From: Ministeria vibrans ATCC 50519
Lineage: Eukaryota; Protista; Filasterea
NCBI GenBank assembly: GCA_943704425.1
Contig: CALSCP010000245.1
Coordinates: 50,396-91,922, forward strand
Direction: 5' to 3'
Length of the DNA: 41,527 nt
Below the pieces are notes generated by a model. That model was given only the letters and a program-made list of their open reading frames with translations. It did no database searches and was not told the origin of the DNA. The first letter of the stretch is position 1. Every line of letters starts with the position of its first letter. The position numbers and the translations under genes are program-made. Shown here piece by piece: positions 41,478-41,527 of the stretch.

Positions 41478-41527
<50 letters not shown>
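41478..41527 (+). repeat. (CT)n microsatellite at window end
   Basis: CT run of the same type as in host introns; supports host origin of the distal segment. Confidence 0.9.

Overview
Gene-dense, intron-containing genomic DNA from a unicellular eukaryote. The repertoire (filamin, FGD RhoGEF, BIN3, ZNF474, HPt phosphorelay protein) suggests a flagellated non-metazoan amorphean or holozoan protist; this is inference. Genes alternate strands, with short head-to-head promoters and close tail-to-tail ends. In order: PHF5A last exon (+), coiled-coil protein (-), secreted GH3 beta-glucosidase with PA14 insert (-), BIN3 N-BAR (+), claudin-like tetraspan (-), HPt protein (+), FANCD2 (-), TFIIH p52/TFB2 (+), a filamin-like CH/Ig protein fused to an SV2/SVOP-type MFS transporter (+), KDM5 (-), FGD-like DH-PH-FYVE-PH RhoGEF (+), GINS3/PSF3 (-), Zn-ribbon plus bacterial-type PH protein (+) and ZNF474-like protein (-). 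Beyond a 10-N gap lies a compositionally different region of about 4 kb. It holds a bacterial-type SMODS/CD-NTase (cGAS/DncV-like cyclic oligonucleotide synthase) with a spliceosomal intron, transcribed divergently from a single-TM helical protein of unknown function: a candidate eukaryotic CBASS-like cassette. This locus and the filamin-MFS fusion are the two most notable observations. All exon structures were derived by hand from GT/AG phase consistency and remembered family motifs; no database searches were run.
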